64,000 nucleotides of DNA, taken from the NCBI GenBank assembly GCA_051530055.1, contig CM121341.1:9340784-9404783 (forward strand). The letters run 5' to 3'. Position numbers and translations under genes: made by a program. The notes under the pieces were generated by a model, which saw only the letters and a list, made by a program, of their open reading frames with translations, searched no databases and was not told the origin of the DNA. Position 1 is the stretch's first letter; each line of letters begins with the position of its first letter. Source of the stretch: Neoechinorhynchus agilis. Taxonomy: Eukaryota > Animalia > Acanthocephala. Shown here in pieces: positions 50,271 to 62,395 of the stretch.

Positions 50271-51327
50271 GTAAAAGCGTTTGTACAGGATTCGAAATCC
50301 AGTCTTGAAATATCTGAATCCGAAGTAAATGTTTCATGTTTCTTCCGTTTTGATTGCTTTTTATACGAAATCACAAACAATCTGAGCTCAATTCGATTTT
50401 TTGTTCTCTCGTTGACTTTTCTTTTTCCGTTTCGACTGGGTAATGTCCACAGAAATCGCTTTTTGATTTTGAGCTAAAGCACTAAAAATGAAATGCTTAA
50501 TTTTTGTTTTTGCGTTGCGCAACACGGCCACAATTTATTTCGTTAAATTATTTGCCATAATCTAAAGTTTGATTTCAATATTTTAATTCTCTACTCAAAC
50601 TATTTTTTTCGTATTGAAGCAGCGTTATTTGTTAAATTCCAACCGGAAGATGGGTACAAAAAATAAAATCCTTATTTTAGGGGGCTCAAACGGTAGTCTT
50701 TTTTTTGGTAGATATTTTTCCATTCACCGTCGAATGGACACACAGTCCACCGCGATTTCAGTCTGGGAAAGCGCTGGTCTGCGCTCAACGCCCATCGATC
50801 CACATAAATTAATTTTTGATAGCTGGTAAAAAGTCACAAGAGTGAAAGATCACTAAATTTGCAAGATTAATTAAAATTATGACGTTATCAAATCAATGGA
50901 TATCGACACGAGAAGTTATATTGAAGTATTTGAAGCTTCTGCTTATTTAAATTGTTAAATCGACCACTTTTTGAATGAGCTATTTTTTTACGAAAAAAAA
51001 TGCCCGTGATTTTTTAGCTTTGTTATTGTTCCATTTTGGTCGTCCTAATATTGAACGCCAATATTCTCGAATCATTTCTAAAAATCTTAAAGTGATTAGA
51101 CTCACTTTTATTCGTAGTCTCAAGACATGAAATTTTGAAACCGTTTCTCGTTTACATTTCCCAACTTGTAAGCTAACTGAATTCTCAAAAAATGCTACTT
51201 AGAAGTGAGCGAGACGACAACTATTAGGCGGCGACCGGAAAAAAGAGGTTTTGGTGACTCAAACTTAGTGAAATACAATTCCTTTTTTTGTTGTTGGTGA
51301 TTGATGTCCAATAACGTTAAATGGTAA

Positions 51328-51831
51328 TCAATTTTTAGATACGTTTTGTTGATCGTCGTCGTGGTCGGCATTGGATTCTTGGTTAGTTAATTTAACAAGT
51401 TCCGTGAGCACTAATCGCACCTTTTTCACATTCGATAGAGTGTATCTAGCAGCAGTATTTTCAGCTCCGAGTCCTCCAACTTTAACGGTATAGGCGTTCA
51501 TATCGGCCGCATTTGCAGCTTGGAAAGTATCTTCGTCCGTACTGTCATCCCCGATAGCAAGAATAAAATCCCATTCGGCTTCTTTGGGAATTGTGGCTCG
51601 TGTACTCGTTCGGTCGCCAGGAATACGGCACTGGAGCCAATCGTCGGCAGCCTTGCCTTTATTCACCTGCTTACTCTTCAATTCAATAACTCTATTTCCT
51701 TCAAGTAGCTGTAAATGATACTTGGAAGCGAGCGTACTGATACTCTGAAGATATTTCCGAATAGCACTCTGAGCAACGTTATTCTCAACACCACGGAAAT
51801 GCCATGCTATCGAAGAATGCTTAAGCAGTTC
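51328..51831 (-). pseudogene. Trehalose-6-phosphate phosphatase (HAD) C-terminal fragment, resembling bacterial TPS/TPP fusions; N-terminus not found
   Basis: Open 168-codon frame with SSIAWHFR, EGNRVIELK...VNKG, DFILAIGDDSTDEDTF and YTVKVG...ARYTL. No DxDGT motif I found upstream before DDX42. Confidence 0.65.
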
Positions 51832-52493
51832 CTAATTTATGAGACTGTCTAACGACTTCATGAGTGAGATTAGAACAAAGTTGAACCATTTGCTCGGCAA
51901 TTTCATGCTGATAACTATCACCATAGCTCTAAGATGATATTGCTTTAATATCATCCTTCAATCAATACATTCAAAAGGTATCGTTGAAAAAGGAAAGAGT
52001 TTTGGGCATTGAGTACAGACCAGCGTTTCTCGGACCGAAATAGCGATGGAGGCCGTGTTTGGTTGAAAAAAATTAAGCATATCTTTAGTTTCAATTAGCG
52101 ATGTTTGATTAAGAAAAATAGATTTATATTGAAAATTGTCGACCTTTGAAACTGAAATTATAATGAATAATTTCTTTACAATAAAGCATTCTATAAAAAA
52201 ATATAACATTATTTAAAAAATGTTTTGTATTTTACAATTTTTTCGCTCTATTAATCTAACAATTATCATGAATTTATAAAGAGGTTCGAAAATTGTTTTT
52301 AATCGAACAAATGAATTCTTGACCATTTAAAGCGTTCGAATTGATTATTTTGGGACTCGGATAAGTTTCAAAATGCCCCCAAAACAAATTGTTTTTGTTC
52401 TAAACGAAGGAAACGTTTTCGCAGATCACTTGTTGTTTCTTAATTTTAATGTTTATTTTCTTTTTAATCCTTTTTCTCGCTTTTACATTTAAG

Positions 52494-55400
52494 ATGCCGG
52501 ATTTCGTTTCTCAATCAGGTAAACAAACGCCGTCCAAAGTGCTTCAGTCTGTTTTCCCCCTTCCTTCTAAATAGAACTATTCTTTTTGTTGAGTTGTTTA
52601 AAAGAAAATGATAGAAGAACGGTTCTAAATAATTTAAGACCAGTTGGTCTAAAAACTACACGACCCCGTCGTGACAATCCGGACGATGATGAAAAATATT
52701 TTAATGAAGACGAAGCGATCGATCGTCTTCAATACCAACCTGCACCCGGTAGCCCAGCAAACAATGACGATGATTGCGAAGAAGATCCGTTAGATGCCTA
52801 TATGAACTCTATAGAAATGAAAGCGAAGGAAGATCTGAAGAAAGTCGGATCTGTTCGAACTGAGAAACGAGCGGTTCGTCAGGACATCGAGGAAGAAGAC
52901 TGTCAAGAGTCATTTTTTAGATGGCTTGAAGAGAATCCGGAAGCTGGGGTTTGTTTAGTCGAAGATACAGATGAAGTTGGAAAATGTGAAGATGGTATTA
53001 ATCGTAGAATAATTGAACCTCTCGAGAAGATAGACCATACGCTCATTGATTACGCGGATTTTAACAAGAATTTCTATTTTGAACAAGAGGATATAAAGGC
53101 CATGAGTCCTCATGCTGTCAGCGAATTTCGTACGAAGCTTCAAATCGCTGCTCATGGATTCAATGTTCCCCGCCCTGTTTCTAGTTTTGCCCATTTCGGA
53201 TTCGACGATCAGTTGATGGATGCCATTAGGCGATCTCAATTCGTTCAGCCAACTCCTATCCAATGTCAGGCTATTCCGGCTATTTTAAGTGGCCGTGATG
53301 TTATTGGAATCGCCGAAACCGGGACCGGAAAAACATTGGCATTTATTTGGCCTGCATTGGTTCATATAATGGATCAACCTGATCTTAAAGAAGGGGATGG
53401 TCCAATCGTTTTAATTTGTACTCCTACTCGTGAACTTGCTCAACAGATTCATACGGAATGCCGGCGGTACGGGCGAGTGTACAATATTGAGAGTGGATGC
53501 GTTTTTGGTGGAGCTGGGATGCATGAGCAGGTAATGATGCTTAAAAGTCAACCAAGAGAGATTTTGGTTTGCACTCCTGGTCGTCTTATCGATTTGATTG
53601 CAAAGAAAAAGGTGATTAATCTTCAACGGGTTACATACCTCGTTTTTGACGAAGCTGACCGGATGTTTGACATGGGATTCGAAGCACAAGTAAGGTCTAT
53701 TGCTGACCACGTGAGACCGGATCGGCAATGTCTTTTGTTCAGTGCGACTTTTAAACCCCGGATCGAGAAATTGGCGAGAGATATTTTGAATGGAGAAGTA
53801 GTTAGGATCTTACATGGCGGTTTTATTGGCGCTAATCGAAACATTGAACAAACCATTGAAGTGTTTGAAAACCCTGCAAATAAGTTCGAATGGCTTTTAT
53901 CTCGAATTGTGGAGTTTATGTCGAACGGAAAAGTTATTGTGTTTGTCAATCGAAAGGAGAATTGCGTTTTGTTGGCTGAGAACTTGAAAGCGCAAGTACA
54001 GAAAGCGTGTATTTTCAACGATTAGCGCAAATTTTTCCTCAATTGGATTTGGGGCTATATTTTATCGGCGACCTTTGCGTACATGAAAAGTACTGAACAT
54101 CTACGGACACACAGGACAAAAGTAAACTAATTTTTATGGTTTTTCCCACCACTTTCGGTGTCTCCTTATTCCACCTTCGCACAAGTTTATAAAATTTCCA
54201 TTTTTTTACGTCAAAATGACAGTTTTTTTGTTAATCATTCAATTATTGTTTTATAAAATACGTTGGATCATTCACGACAATTGTTTGACCAGATCCTGCG
54301 CCCAAACGACCCAAGTGTCTCGACGCCAAAGAAAACAAAATAATGATTTCGACAAAAATTGCCTGCCTTTTCGTTCTTTTTGCGACACTCAGCGGCGGTC
54401 ATAGCTCCCCCTCCGGTGCTTTATTTTTTTATTTTATTATCAAGGCATCATACACTCTTGTTAGTTTGTGACATCTTCTTCTTTTGAGCCTTTCGGCTAT
54501 ATTCCTTTTTGGGAGCCTCTCGGCTGACTTTCACACATCGGAGGCGATCAGCCTCACTCGAAAGGACAGGGCCAACCCTCTTTTTGGGGCCGATGGGCGA
54601 TCTCAAGCCTGACTCCACCCCTTACAGTAGCCTCGCACGCCCGTGGAACCCAGCGACCGGTGGCGTTGAATCTCCGGTGCTGGCTACCATCGTCCCAGTC
54701 AGATTTGTGTTTGAATCGTGTGTGTTTTTTCTAAGGTTCCATCGATTTTTGAAAAATAAATCTTAAAATACATGCTTTTATAGCCGGTGACCGTGTAGGA
54801 TTCATCCACGGCGACATTCTTCAAATCGATCGAGACGAACGTCTGAAACTGTTTAAGAGACCCGTCTGTGACGATACTCGCTATGATATATTAGTTGCCA
54901 CCGACGTTGCCGCTCGTGGTCTCGATATTCGATCAATCAAGACGGTCGTAAACTACGATGTTGCTAAAGACATTGAGACCCACATTCACCGGATCGGGAG
55001 GACAGCCCGTGCAGGCGATACGGGTCGAGCATTTACACTTATTGTCCGAGGACGCGACAAGGAGTTTTCTCCACATTTAGTTCGAAATCTTGAACAAAGT
55101 GGTCAAATTGTCAGTGATAAGTTATTAAGATTAGCTTTGGAGAACGGGTGGTTTGCAAGGTCGCGGTCATCTCACAAAGCAAGTTCATTGGTGCGACCCA
55201 TTAAAACAAGGAAAGGGCTCGGGTATAAAGAAAAACCCGAAGCTCTTGGTCCAATGGCCGACTATCGTGGTGTAAGTGCTAAAGGTGTTCATATGAATTG
55301 CCCTCAACCACAGCAGAAGCTGTCTGCACTGCGCAATAGCTATCAAACTCAATTCCAATCTAATTTTGTGAGTGTTGATTGGTCGATACGTGTTTTATGG

Positions 55401-55556
55401 AAAGCATTTAATGATATTTTTGTTTAGGTGAAAGCAAATGATGTTGACTCAGGTCATGTTTTTCCATCCGTTGCGGTGCCTAATAATGTGACAAAGAAGA
55501 GATCGAAGCAGGAAGGAGAAGATGGAAAAAAGAAGAGCAGGTGGGGCGATGAATGA
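52494..55556 (+). CDS. DDX42: DEAD-box RNA helicase DDX42 (SF3b125); 5' exon structure uncertain
   Basis: [70 protein letters not shown]-terminal KKSRW. Confidence 0.93.
54470..54710 (+). repeat. Copy of the GC-rich dispersed repeat inside the DDX42 intron
   Basis: Shares GATCTCAAGCCTGAC and GCACGCCCGTGGAACCCAGCGACCGGTGGCGTTG with 59060-59135. Confidence 0.85.
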
Positions 55557-55696
55557 AAGCTTCTCGTAAATACTGCCATGAGTTTATAATCAGGTGTGAA
55601 TGAAAGGGATTCGGTGTCTCGTTTTATTCAACTATTTGACTCTTAACATCACTATGAATTTATCTTCAATTAAAAATTCATATTCGTTGTCGTTTA

Positions 55697-56600
55697 GTCA
55701 AAATGCGACATTTCTATTTTTGTTTCTCCTTTTCATTCCAAGTGAATCATCGCAACAATTTTAAATTCTTAGAAACCTTGAGCGACACTTTGTTTTGCTA
55801 TCTCCTTAAAATTTATTCCCTTTTCTCTCGGCTCGCAATTTCATTTAATCAAAATGCGACATTTCTATTTTTGTTTCTTCTTTTCAATCCAAGTGAATCG
55901 TCGTAACAATTTTGAATTCGTAGAGAGCTCGAGAAACACTTTATTTTGCTATCTCCTTAAAATGTATTCCTTTTTCTCAAGGCTCGCAATTTCATTTAAT
56001 CAAAATGCGACATTTATTTTTGTTTCTTCTTTTCATTCCTTGTGAACCGTCGTAACAATTTTGAATTCGTAGAAACTTTGAGCGACACTTTGTTGTGTTT
56101 TGCTATCTCCTTAAAATTTATTCCTTTTTCTCAACGCTCACAATTTCAATTAATCGAAATGCGACATTTATTTTTGTTTCTTCTTTTCAATCCAAGTGAA
56201 TCGTCGTAACAATTTTGAATTCGTAGAGACCCCGAGAAACACTTTGTTTTGCTATCTCCTTAAAATTTGTTTCTTTTTCTCACGGCTCGCAATTTCATTT
56301 AATCAAAATGCGACATTTCTATTTTTGTTTCTTTTTTTCAATCCAAGTGAATCGTCGTAACAATTTTGAATTCGTAGAAACTTTGAGCGACACTTTGTTG
56401 TGTTTTGCTATCTTCTTGAAATTTATTCCTTTTTCTCAAGGCTCGCAATTTCATTTAATCAAAATGCGACATTTATTTTTGTTTCTTCTTTTCATTCCTT
56501 GTGAATCGTCGTAACAATTTTGAATTCTTAGAAACCCCGAGAAACACTTTGTTTTGCTATCTCCTTGAAATGTATTCCTTTTTCTCACTGATCGCAATAG
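55697..56600. repeat. Satellite 3: about 152-bp tandem unit, about 6 copies
   Basis: AAATGCGACATTT recurs at about 55700, 55851, 56002, 56157, 56305 and 56460. Confidence 0.95.
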
Positions 56601-58639
56601 CTAATAAATGCTATCATTTCTTTTTCGTACTTATTCTGAACAGTGCATAGTTGGAGTAAAGCGTCGGAGAGATTTAATTAGCCATTAGGCTTTGCTCGAT
56701 CTGCTCCATTTCGACGTTCTTTTGACTATAATCAGATTTTCATATCCTCTTTTTTGGCGTATTTCTCCACTATGCTGAAAAAAGGTATGGAATTATATTA
56801 CTTTGGAGAAAGACATTGCAGGTGGCGTCCCACAAGGAATATCTTTTCTCATCCAAACAAAAATCGATACCCGTTAAAGCCGGCGCTTAATTTGGCATAT
56901 TTTTCCAATATATATTACAAATGGATGCTTTTTCCTTAAGGAGAGCATTGTGAAAATACGCTCAATGGTTATCGATATTTTTTTTAAGAATGTATATTTA
57001 TAAGTCGATGTAATTTGCAAGCAGAAACGGAAAGGGTTCCGTCAAAATTTCTTTGCAATAAAAATCGACAGAAAGCCTAAGCATGTGAAGTTTCGATGGA
57101 TAAAAGAACATCAATAATTGGCATTTTTGACGTTATTAAAGACGCAAATTAAAAATAATAGAATTAAAAAAAGCACAGCGTAGAGCTTCGTTTGCATACA
57201 AGAAATGTTGTTTTCACTTAGGAAGTTTAGAAGTTTCTTAACAATAGTTAATTGCGTTTTTATATCCTTTACCGTTTAATCAGATTAGTAACGAAGATTT
57301 ACGGGGAAATGTTCGAAAATAGCCTTGTTCAATGTGAAATGAAGGATATTTACAAGTAAGCACTGCGCTGTTCCATTGGGAAAAAAGAACAGCTTACATT
57401 AGGAGTTGACGTTTTCTCTGATGGAAGCCAGCGGGAGAATGACTTGCTTTTCCGCTTTGTAAAATGGGGAGATGGATGATTGATGGTGGTTTCTTGGATA
57501 AATGTTGCCAAAACAAAAGAGATGACAATGAGCGACCTAAACCAATTATTTTGTGAACTGAAGGACTAAATAGAGCGATATGTTTCCTAGCAAAGAAAGG
57601 ATACGATTTCGCTAAGTGGAGAGAAGATAGGTAGTAGTTTGATAATATTCAAGGCCTTCATTTATGTGCAATTGGAAGCAACACGATCTATTTAGCCTTC
57701 TAAGCTTAGTTAATACAAATAATTACGATAGAAAAATTGGATAATACTAACTGATTTTGACGCCATAAAAATTCCAAGTTATTTTCGTTCTAGAATTATA
57801 GTTCATATTTTATTTGGTAATTGAGAAAATAGAGATTAATTCTATATTAATTCCTAATATCTGGTCTGCTTCGTCGAACTTCCTCAGTTCTGAAAGGTGT
57901 CTTATTCTGAGTTTTGCATATAATCCGCCTTATTTGACTGGATCGATGTTCGATGCTCATTAATCCTGCATTATAGATTGTTAGTCTGCCCAATATAAAG
58001 GCTTGTGGACAGTCTTTACGTGGTATCTCGTAGATGCACTCTTCCTAGATGGATTTCACTAAAAGATTAACAATACTGGACAATTTGATGCCCCTATTTG
58101 ATCTCTCCATTAATCATTAATGAACGGAATTTCCAAAAGAAAACAGGTCATCCCGAATGCCACCCTGACCTACTTTTTAGACCTGAAATTCGACGAGACC
58201 GACGATAAAAATCATCTATATTTTGTCAATCACCAAAACAACTTGTTTACAATTGAACGGAAAATATTTTTCAGCTTTCAAACTACCACGAAACTAAAAT
58301 CTTATTTTATTGAGTCTCGTTTCGGTTATGAAACTTTTGATTTTGGGCTCCCAAAAAATTCGCAGCTTTGATTATGATGATCCAAATTGGGACAACTTAC
58401 TGTGTTTCATAAAAGAATCATTTCGCCAACTATGATGATCATTTTAATTTTTACTATGTAACTAATGGGCGATTTTCATATTTTCGATGTTAAAAAATAA
58501 GTTTATTTTTTTGAGTACAAATATTTATAATTTTCTAACATCATTGTGTTTTTTATTTATCTGAAATCGCATACACTCATGGCATCACTGCATATCTTTT
58601 TGGGAGCATATTGACTAACTCATATCCTTTGGAGCCTCA

Positions 58640-59540
58640 TGGCATCATTGCACATCTTTTTGATACTTTTCGGCTGACTTGCACACTTCGGAGGGGCTTA
58701 GCCGCACTCTGGGGCCAATAGACGATCTCAAACCTGACCCCTATCTTCCAGTAGCTTCGCAGCCCCCTCCCGTGGAACTCAGCGACCAGTGGATTTGAAT
58801 CAATGACCAATCGAGCGCATTTTGAACGCGCTTATACCACTCGGCCAGTGGGCCCCATCACTGTGTTATTTATTTTGATCACACACGCATACTGTTAGTT
58901 TTTATGAGTTGTTTTCTTCAGATTGAGTTGATTGGTCTTACGACATCTTCTTTTGGGCCTCTCGGCTATATTTCTTTGGAAGCTTCTCGGCTAACTTGCG
59001 CACTTCGGATGCGCTTAGCTGCACTCGAAGGTACAGGGCCAACCCACTTTGGTGCCGATGGGTGATCTCAAGCCTGACCCCCACCCTTCCAGCAGCCTAG
59101 CACGCCCGTGGAACCCAGCGACCGGTGGCGTTGTACCATCGACATATCGAGCGCATTATGAACGCGGACACGGCCACTGGGTCCTATGTGTGGATTATTT
59201 ATTTGATCACAGACGCATACTGTTAGTTTATGAGTTGTTTTCTTCAGATTCAGCTGATTGGTCTTGCGACATCTTCTTTTGAGCATCTCGGCTATATTTC
59301 TTTGGAAGCTTCTCGGCTAACTTGCGCACTTCGGATGCGCTTAGCCGTACTCGAATGGACAAAGCAAACCCTCTTCTGGGGCCAATGGACGATCTCAAAC
59401 CTGACCCCTAACCTTCCAGTAGCTTCGCAACCCCCCTCCCGTGGAACTCAGCGACCAGTGGATTTGAATCAACGACCAATTGAGCGCATTTTGAACGCGC
59501 TTATACAACCCGGCCAGTGGGCCCCATCACTGTGTTGAAC
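58640..59540. repeat. About three tandem copies (about 320-bp period) of the GC-rich dispersed repeat
   Basis: GACATCTTCTTTTG.GC.TCTCGGCTATA recurs at about 58942 and 59269; alternating subtypes. Confidence 0.85.
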
Positions 59541-59695
59541 ACTCATTGTTAAATGTATATATATACACATTCGTGTAACTATGAGTCACCATCATCATCG
59601 ATGATTGTGTGCGTGTGTTCATGGTTGAACACTATTCATAGTACAAGACTTTTTCTTTAAAATATATAATTTTCAGACGTACATTTTGCACCTCA

Positions 59696-60104
59696 ATGAG
59701 CGAGACAAGAACGAGGATTCATCGGCCAATCCGTCCTCGTCCGGCGGTCACTACAACACAAACGACCCAGCAAATTCCAGTAATACCGAACGTGGTGGTA
59801 ACTCGAGTATTGAATCGACGAGAAATTCCGGTGATTGCAGCTGCGGACCGAAGGGAGGATGATGTTCGATGGGAAGACCAAGAAGACGGAGGAGTGTTTA
59901 GCGATGGAGATCAAGACAGTGCATTTGAGGGAGATCTAAGGCAACTGTGCTCGATGGAGCTACTTGAGCACCGTTGATGTAGAGGACGACACGGAGCTTT
60001 CTAATGGTCCTCTTGATGTTCTGGACGATGGTTGGTCCGATATGGAATTGATGGATGTGGACGATGCGAGCGATGGTGAAGATAGCGCCTATGATGAGGA
60101 ATGA
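59696..60104 (+). pseudogene. Low-complexity acidic ORF with two apparent frameshifts near 59940-59970 (decayed gene or assembly indels)
   Basis: MSETRTRIHRPIRPR...FEGDL continues as ATVLDGAT and STVDVEDDTELS...YDEE* in shifted frames; no family recognised. Confidence 0.35.
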
Positions 60105-60604
60105 GTGTGAATTTTTCGTGATAGGATTCGCGTTGGCATTGCTTGATGTCGGACGCGATTAAAATGTTGTCAAGTGTTACGAGAAGTTGGAGGATGTGGG
60201 GGTTGGTTTTGTAAGATCGATCCAATTAAAGGTTTTTTAGAGTTCTTTTTTTGTTCAAAAGTTAAAAACAACTTTGATCGATAAGAAAAAACATCCCGAA
60301 TAAAAAGCATTCTGTGATATTCCAAAATAACGGAAATTATTATTCCAATTTAAGGTAGACTTGCGAGCCATTAAAAGGAAGGCAAAATGATTATTAACCA
60401 AATTATGCTAATTTCAAAAAAATACTTTTAAAAAGGCTAACAGAAGAGGGCGATAATTGAGGACGAGGACTGTGAATAATTGCCTAAAAAACCAGAATCA
60501 AAAAATAAAAGCGATTAAGCGGGAGATATATTTTAAAAAAATTTTTTTTACTAAACTGATATATTTTATTTCAATCAATCTTCATCTCTCGACAATTAAC
60601 ACAC

Positions 60605-62395
60605 TCACCATCTCCCGCCGAATTCCAGCTTTTGTCCTTCCTCGACCGTCGCCATCACGCTGGCAGCATTGCCCCGTTGTACTGCTAGCGAGATATTTTG
60701 TCGAAGGAATACGCCTGCTCTTGAGTCTCCGGTTGCCTCTCTCAATTTCTTCGAGAGATCCTGGAGCAGAGAGAGTGCCGAGCTGCCGAGCGCTCCATAC
60801 GTCTCTACCCCAAAGGGGACAAAATAGTGAGCCCTCGATAAGTGAATATATTTCCGTATTTTCCTCCCTTCCGCTGCACTGGCGGCACCACCGGCGATTT
60901 CGAGGGAGTAGGGGATGTTGCTGGCTGCGAGGGTATCCACACACGTGGCGTCCCAGAGAAGGCATTTGCCCTCCCGCCACGGGAAGACCGAAATTCCATC
61001 GGGCCTACGGCCGTCTAGTCTACAGAGGTGGGCGGGTTCCAGGATGTTCGGGAAGTTCGCCGTTCTCAACGCCCGAGAAATTGCGTTATTGATTTCAGAA
61101 TGGCGTGAGAACCTTCCTGCTGACCTTCTGCAGACGAGACCGTGTCGCCCGAAAGCATCAACCAAAGACCCACATCGACAGCGATGGGGCGTGCATATCG
61201 GGAGACCAAGTCTTAAGGATACTGCGATCCTCGTTACCTCGTCAGTAAGAAGAGTTCCCACTGATGCCAGAGGAACAGCCTCCAACCACGCCCCAGATTC
61301 TCGTGTTGAAACTGCCAACAGTCTAGCTCGGACGACCCCATCGCGAGAACCGGAAAGTAGAGAGCTGTGAGCTCTCGCGACAAGAGGTCCGTCCCAGATC
61401 GACTGTCTGAAGCCATTCACGGGAACATGGTTAGTGCCTGTCTGCTGGCACCATTCCTCAACCTCCACCACGAAATCCCGGTCAAGACAGAACTTTTCCT
61501 TCAAAATGTTCTTCGAGACTGGTAGGCTCCCCTCAAACGATCCAAGAAAGGCCGGCAAAGCAAGGTCCACTAGTGCCCGAATTCCCAATCCCCAGATGAC
61601 ACAGGCAAAGAAGCTTGTCGCCACGCCTCATCTGAGAGCTGGACATTTAAAATACGCTCGAGACAAGCCCTCACCTTGCCGTCGAGCTTAGCCAATCCTT
61701 CCTTATGTTTGAAAAATGTTGCTGTGCGAACCTTGTACAATAATTTGGGGATGAAGAGCGCGTTCTTTATGAGAAACAAGGCTTCGTGAGCCGAGAGAGC
61801 GCTCATTCTATCGCACAGCAACGAAAGTTTCGGTATGATATGACCGATCTCATCTTCCACATTTGAATCGAAAACGCAACTGCCCAGGAGGCTGAGTTGT
61901 TCCCGAGTAGCCATTAGTTCTTTGACTTTGGCGGCGTCTCCAATATTCAGTACAAGGAGCTCGCATTTTCCAGCATTAAGCTCAATGCCCATCTATCCAG
62001 ATCGCGCAGTACAACGGAGGGATCACCTCCGAGCGCAGCGTCATCCAAGTACCAAGCGTTGAAGCTGGAATGGAGAGAATACGCTATTGGATTTCCTGTT
62101 AGGGAGAATGCGATTGGACCGAGGGGATCTCCTTGCTGTACTCCTCTTTCGGACCAATTGAGATGGTCTTCGAAAAGCAAAGGAGTCGCCGCGCGGAACA
62201 TGCTTTCTCCATTGAGAGAGTTAAAGGCGTTCCGAAAATCACACCTAAGAATCACGCACGGCTCTGAGCTTCTCGTAGCAAAGTTTCGGAGCGAGTGGAC
62301 AATAGCTTCCGCCCCGCAGGATGTGCAGCAGCCCAGTTAGACTGGGCGAAGTTACTGCCGTCTTTTGCAGAGCGCACTTCCTAGAGAGAGCTGTT
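60605..62395 (-). mobile_element. 5'-truncated, frameshifted CRE-like non-LTR retrotransposon (RT plus C-terminal restriction-like endonuclease)
   Basis: RT motifs ILRCDFRNAFN, RGVQQGDPLGP and WYLDD. RLE: CRCG...HGLVC zinc knuckle, RHSEIN, RPDG, WDATC, AEGRKIRKY. Confidence 0.93.

Noticed and set aside
45667-50274. Many 60-103 aa ORFs in satellite 2
   Set aside because: They are translations of tandem repeat units recurring at the 977-bp period.
52955-54018. Antisense ORFs (102-131 aa) within DDX42, and similar ones in Dicer, ERAL1 and the retrotransposon
   Set aside because: They are shadow frames of well-supported genes with no motifs of their own.
57000-57900. Possible transposase relics here and at about 7400-7800 and 11000-11450
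   Set aside because: Composition looks coding-like, but I could not identify any diagnostic motif or terminal repeat.
58640-59540. Tandem SL RNA, 5S or tRNA-derived SINE genes
   Set aside because: I found no recognisable leader, donor plus Sm site, cloverleaf or convincing A/B boxes.
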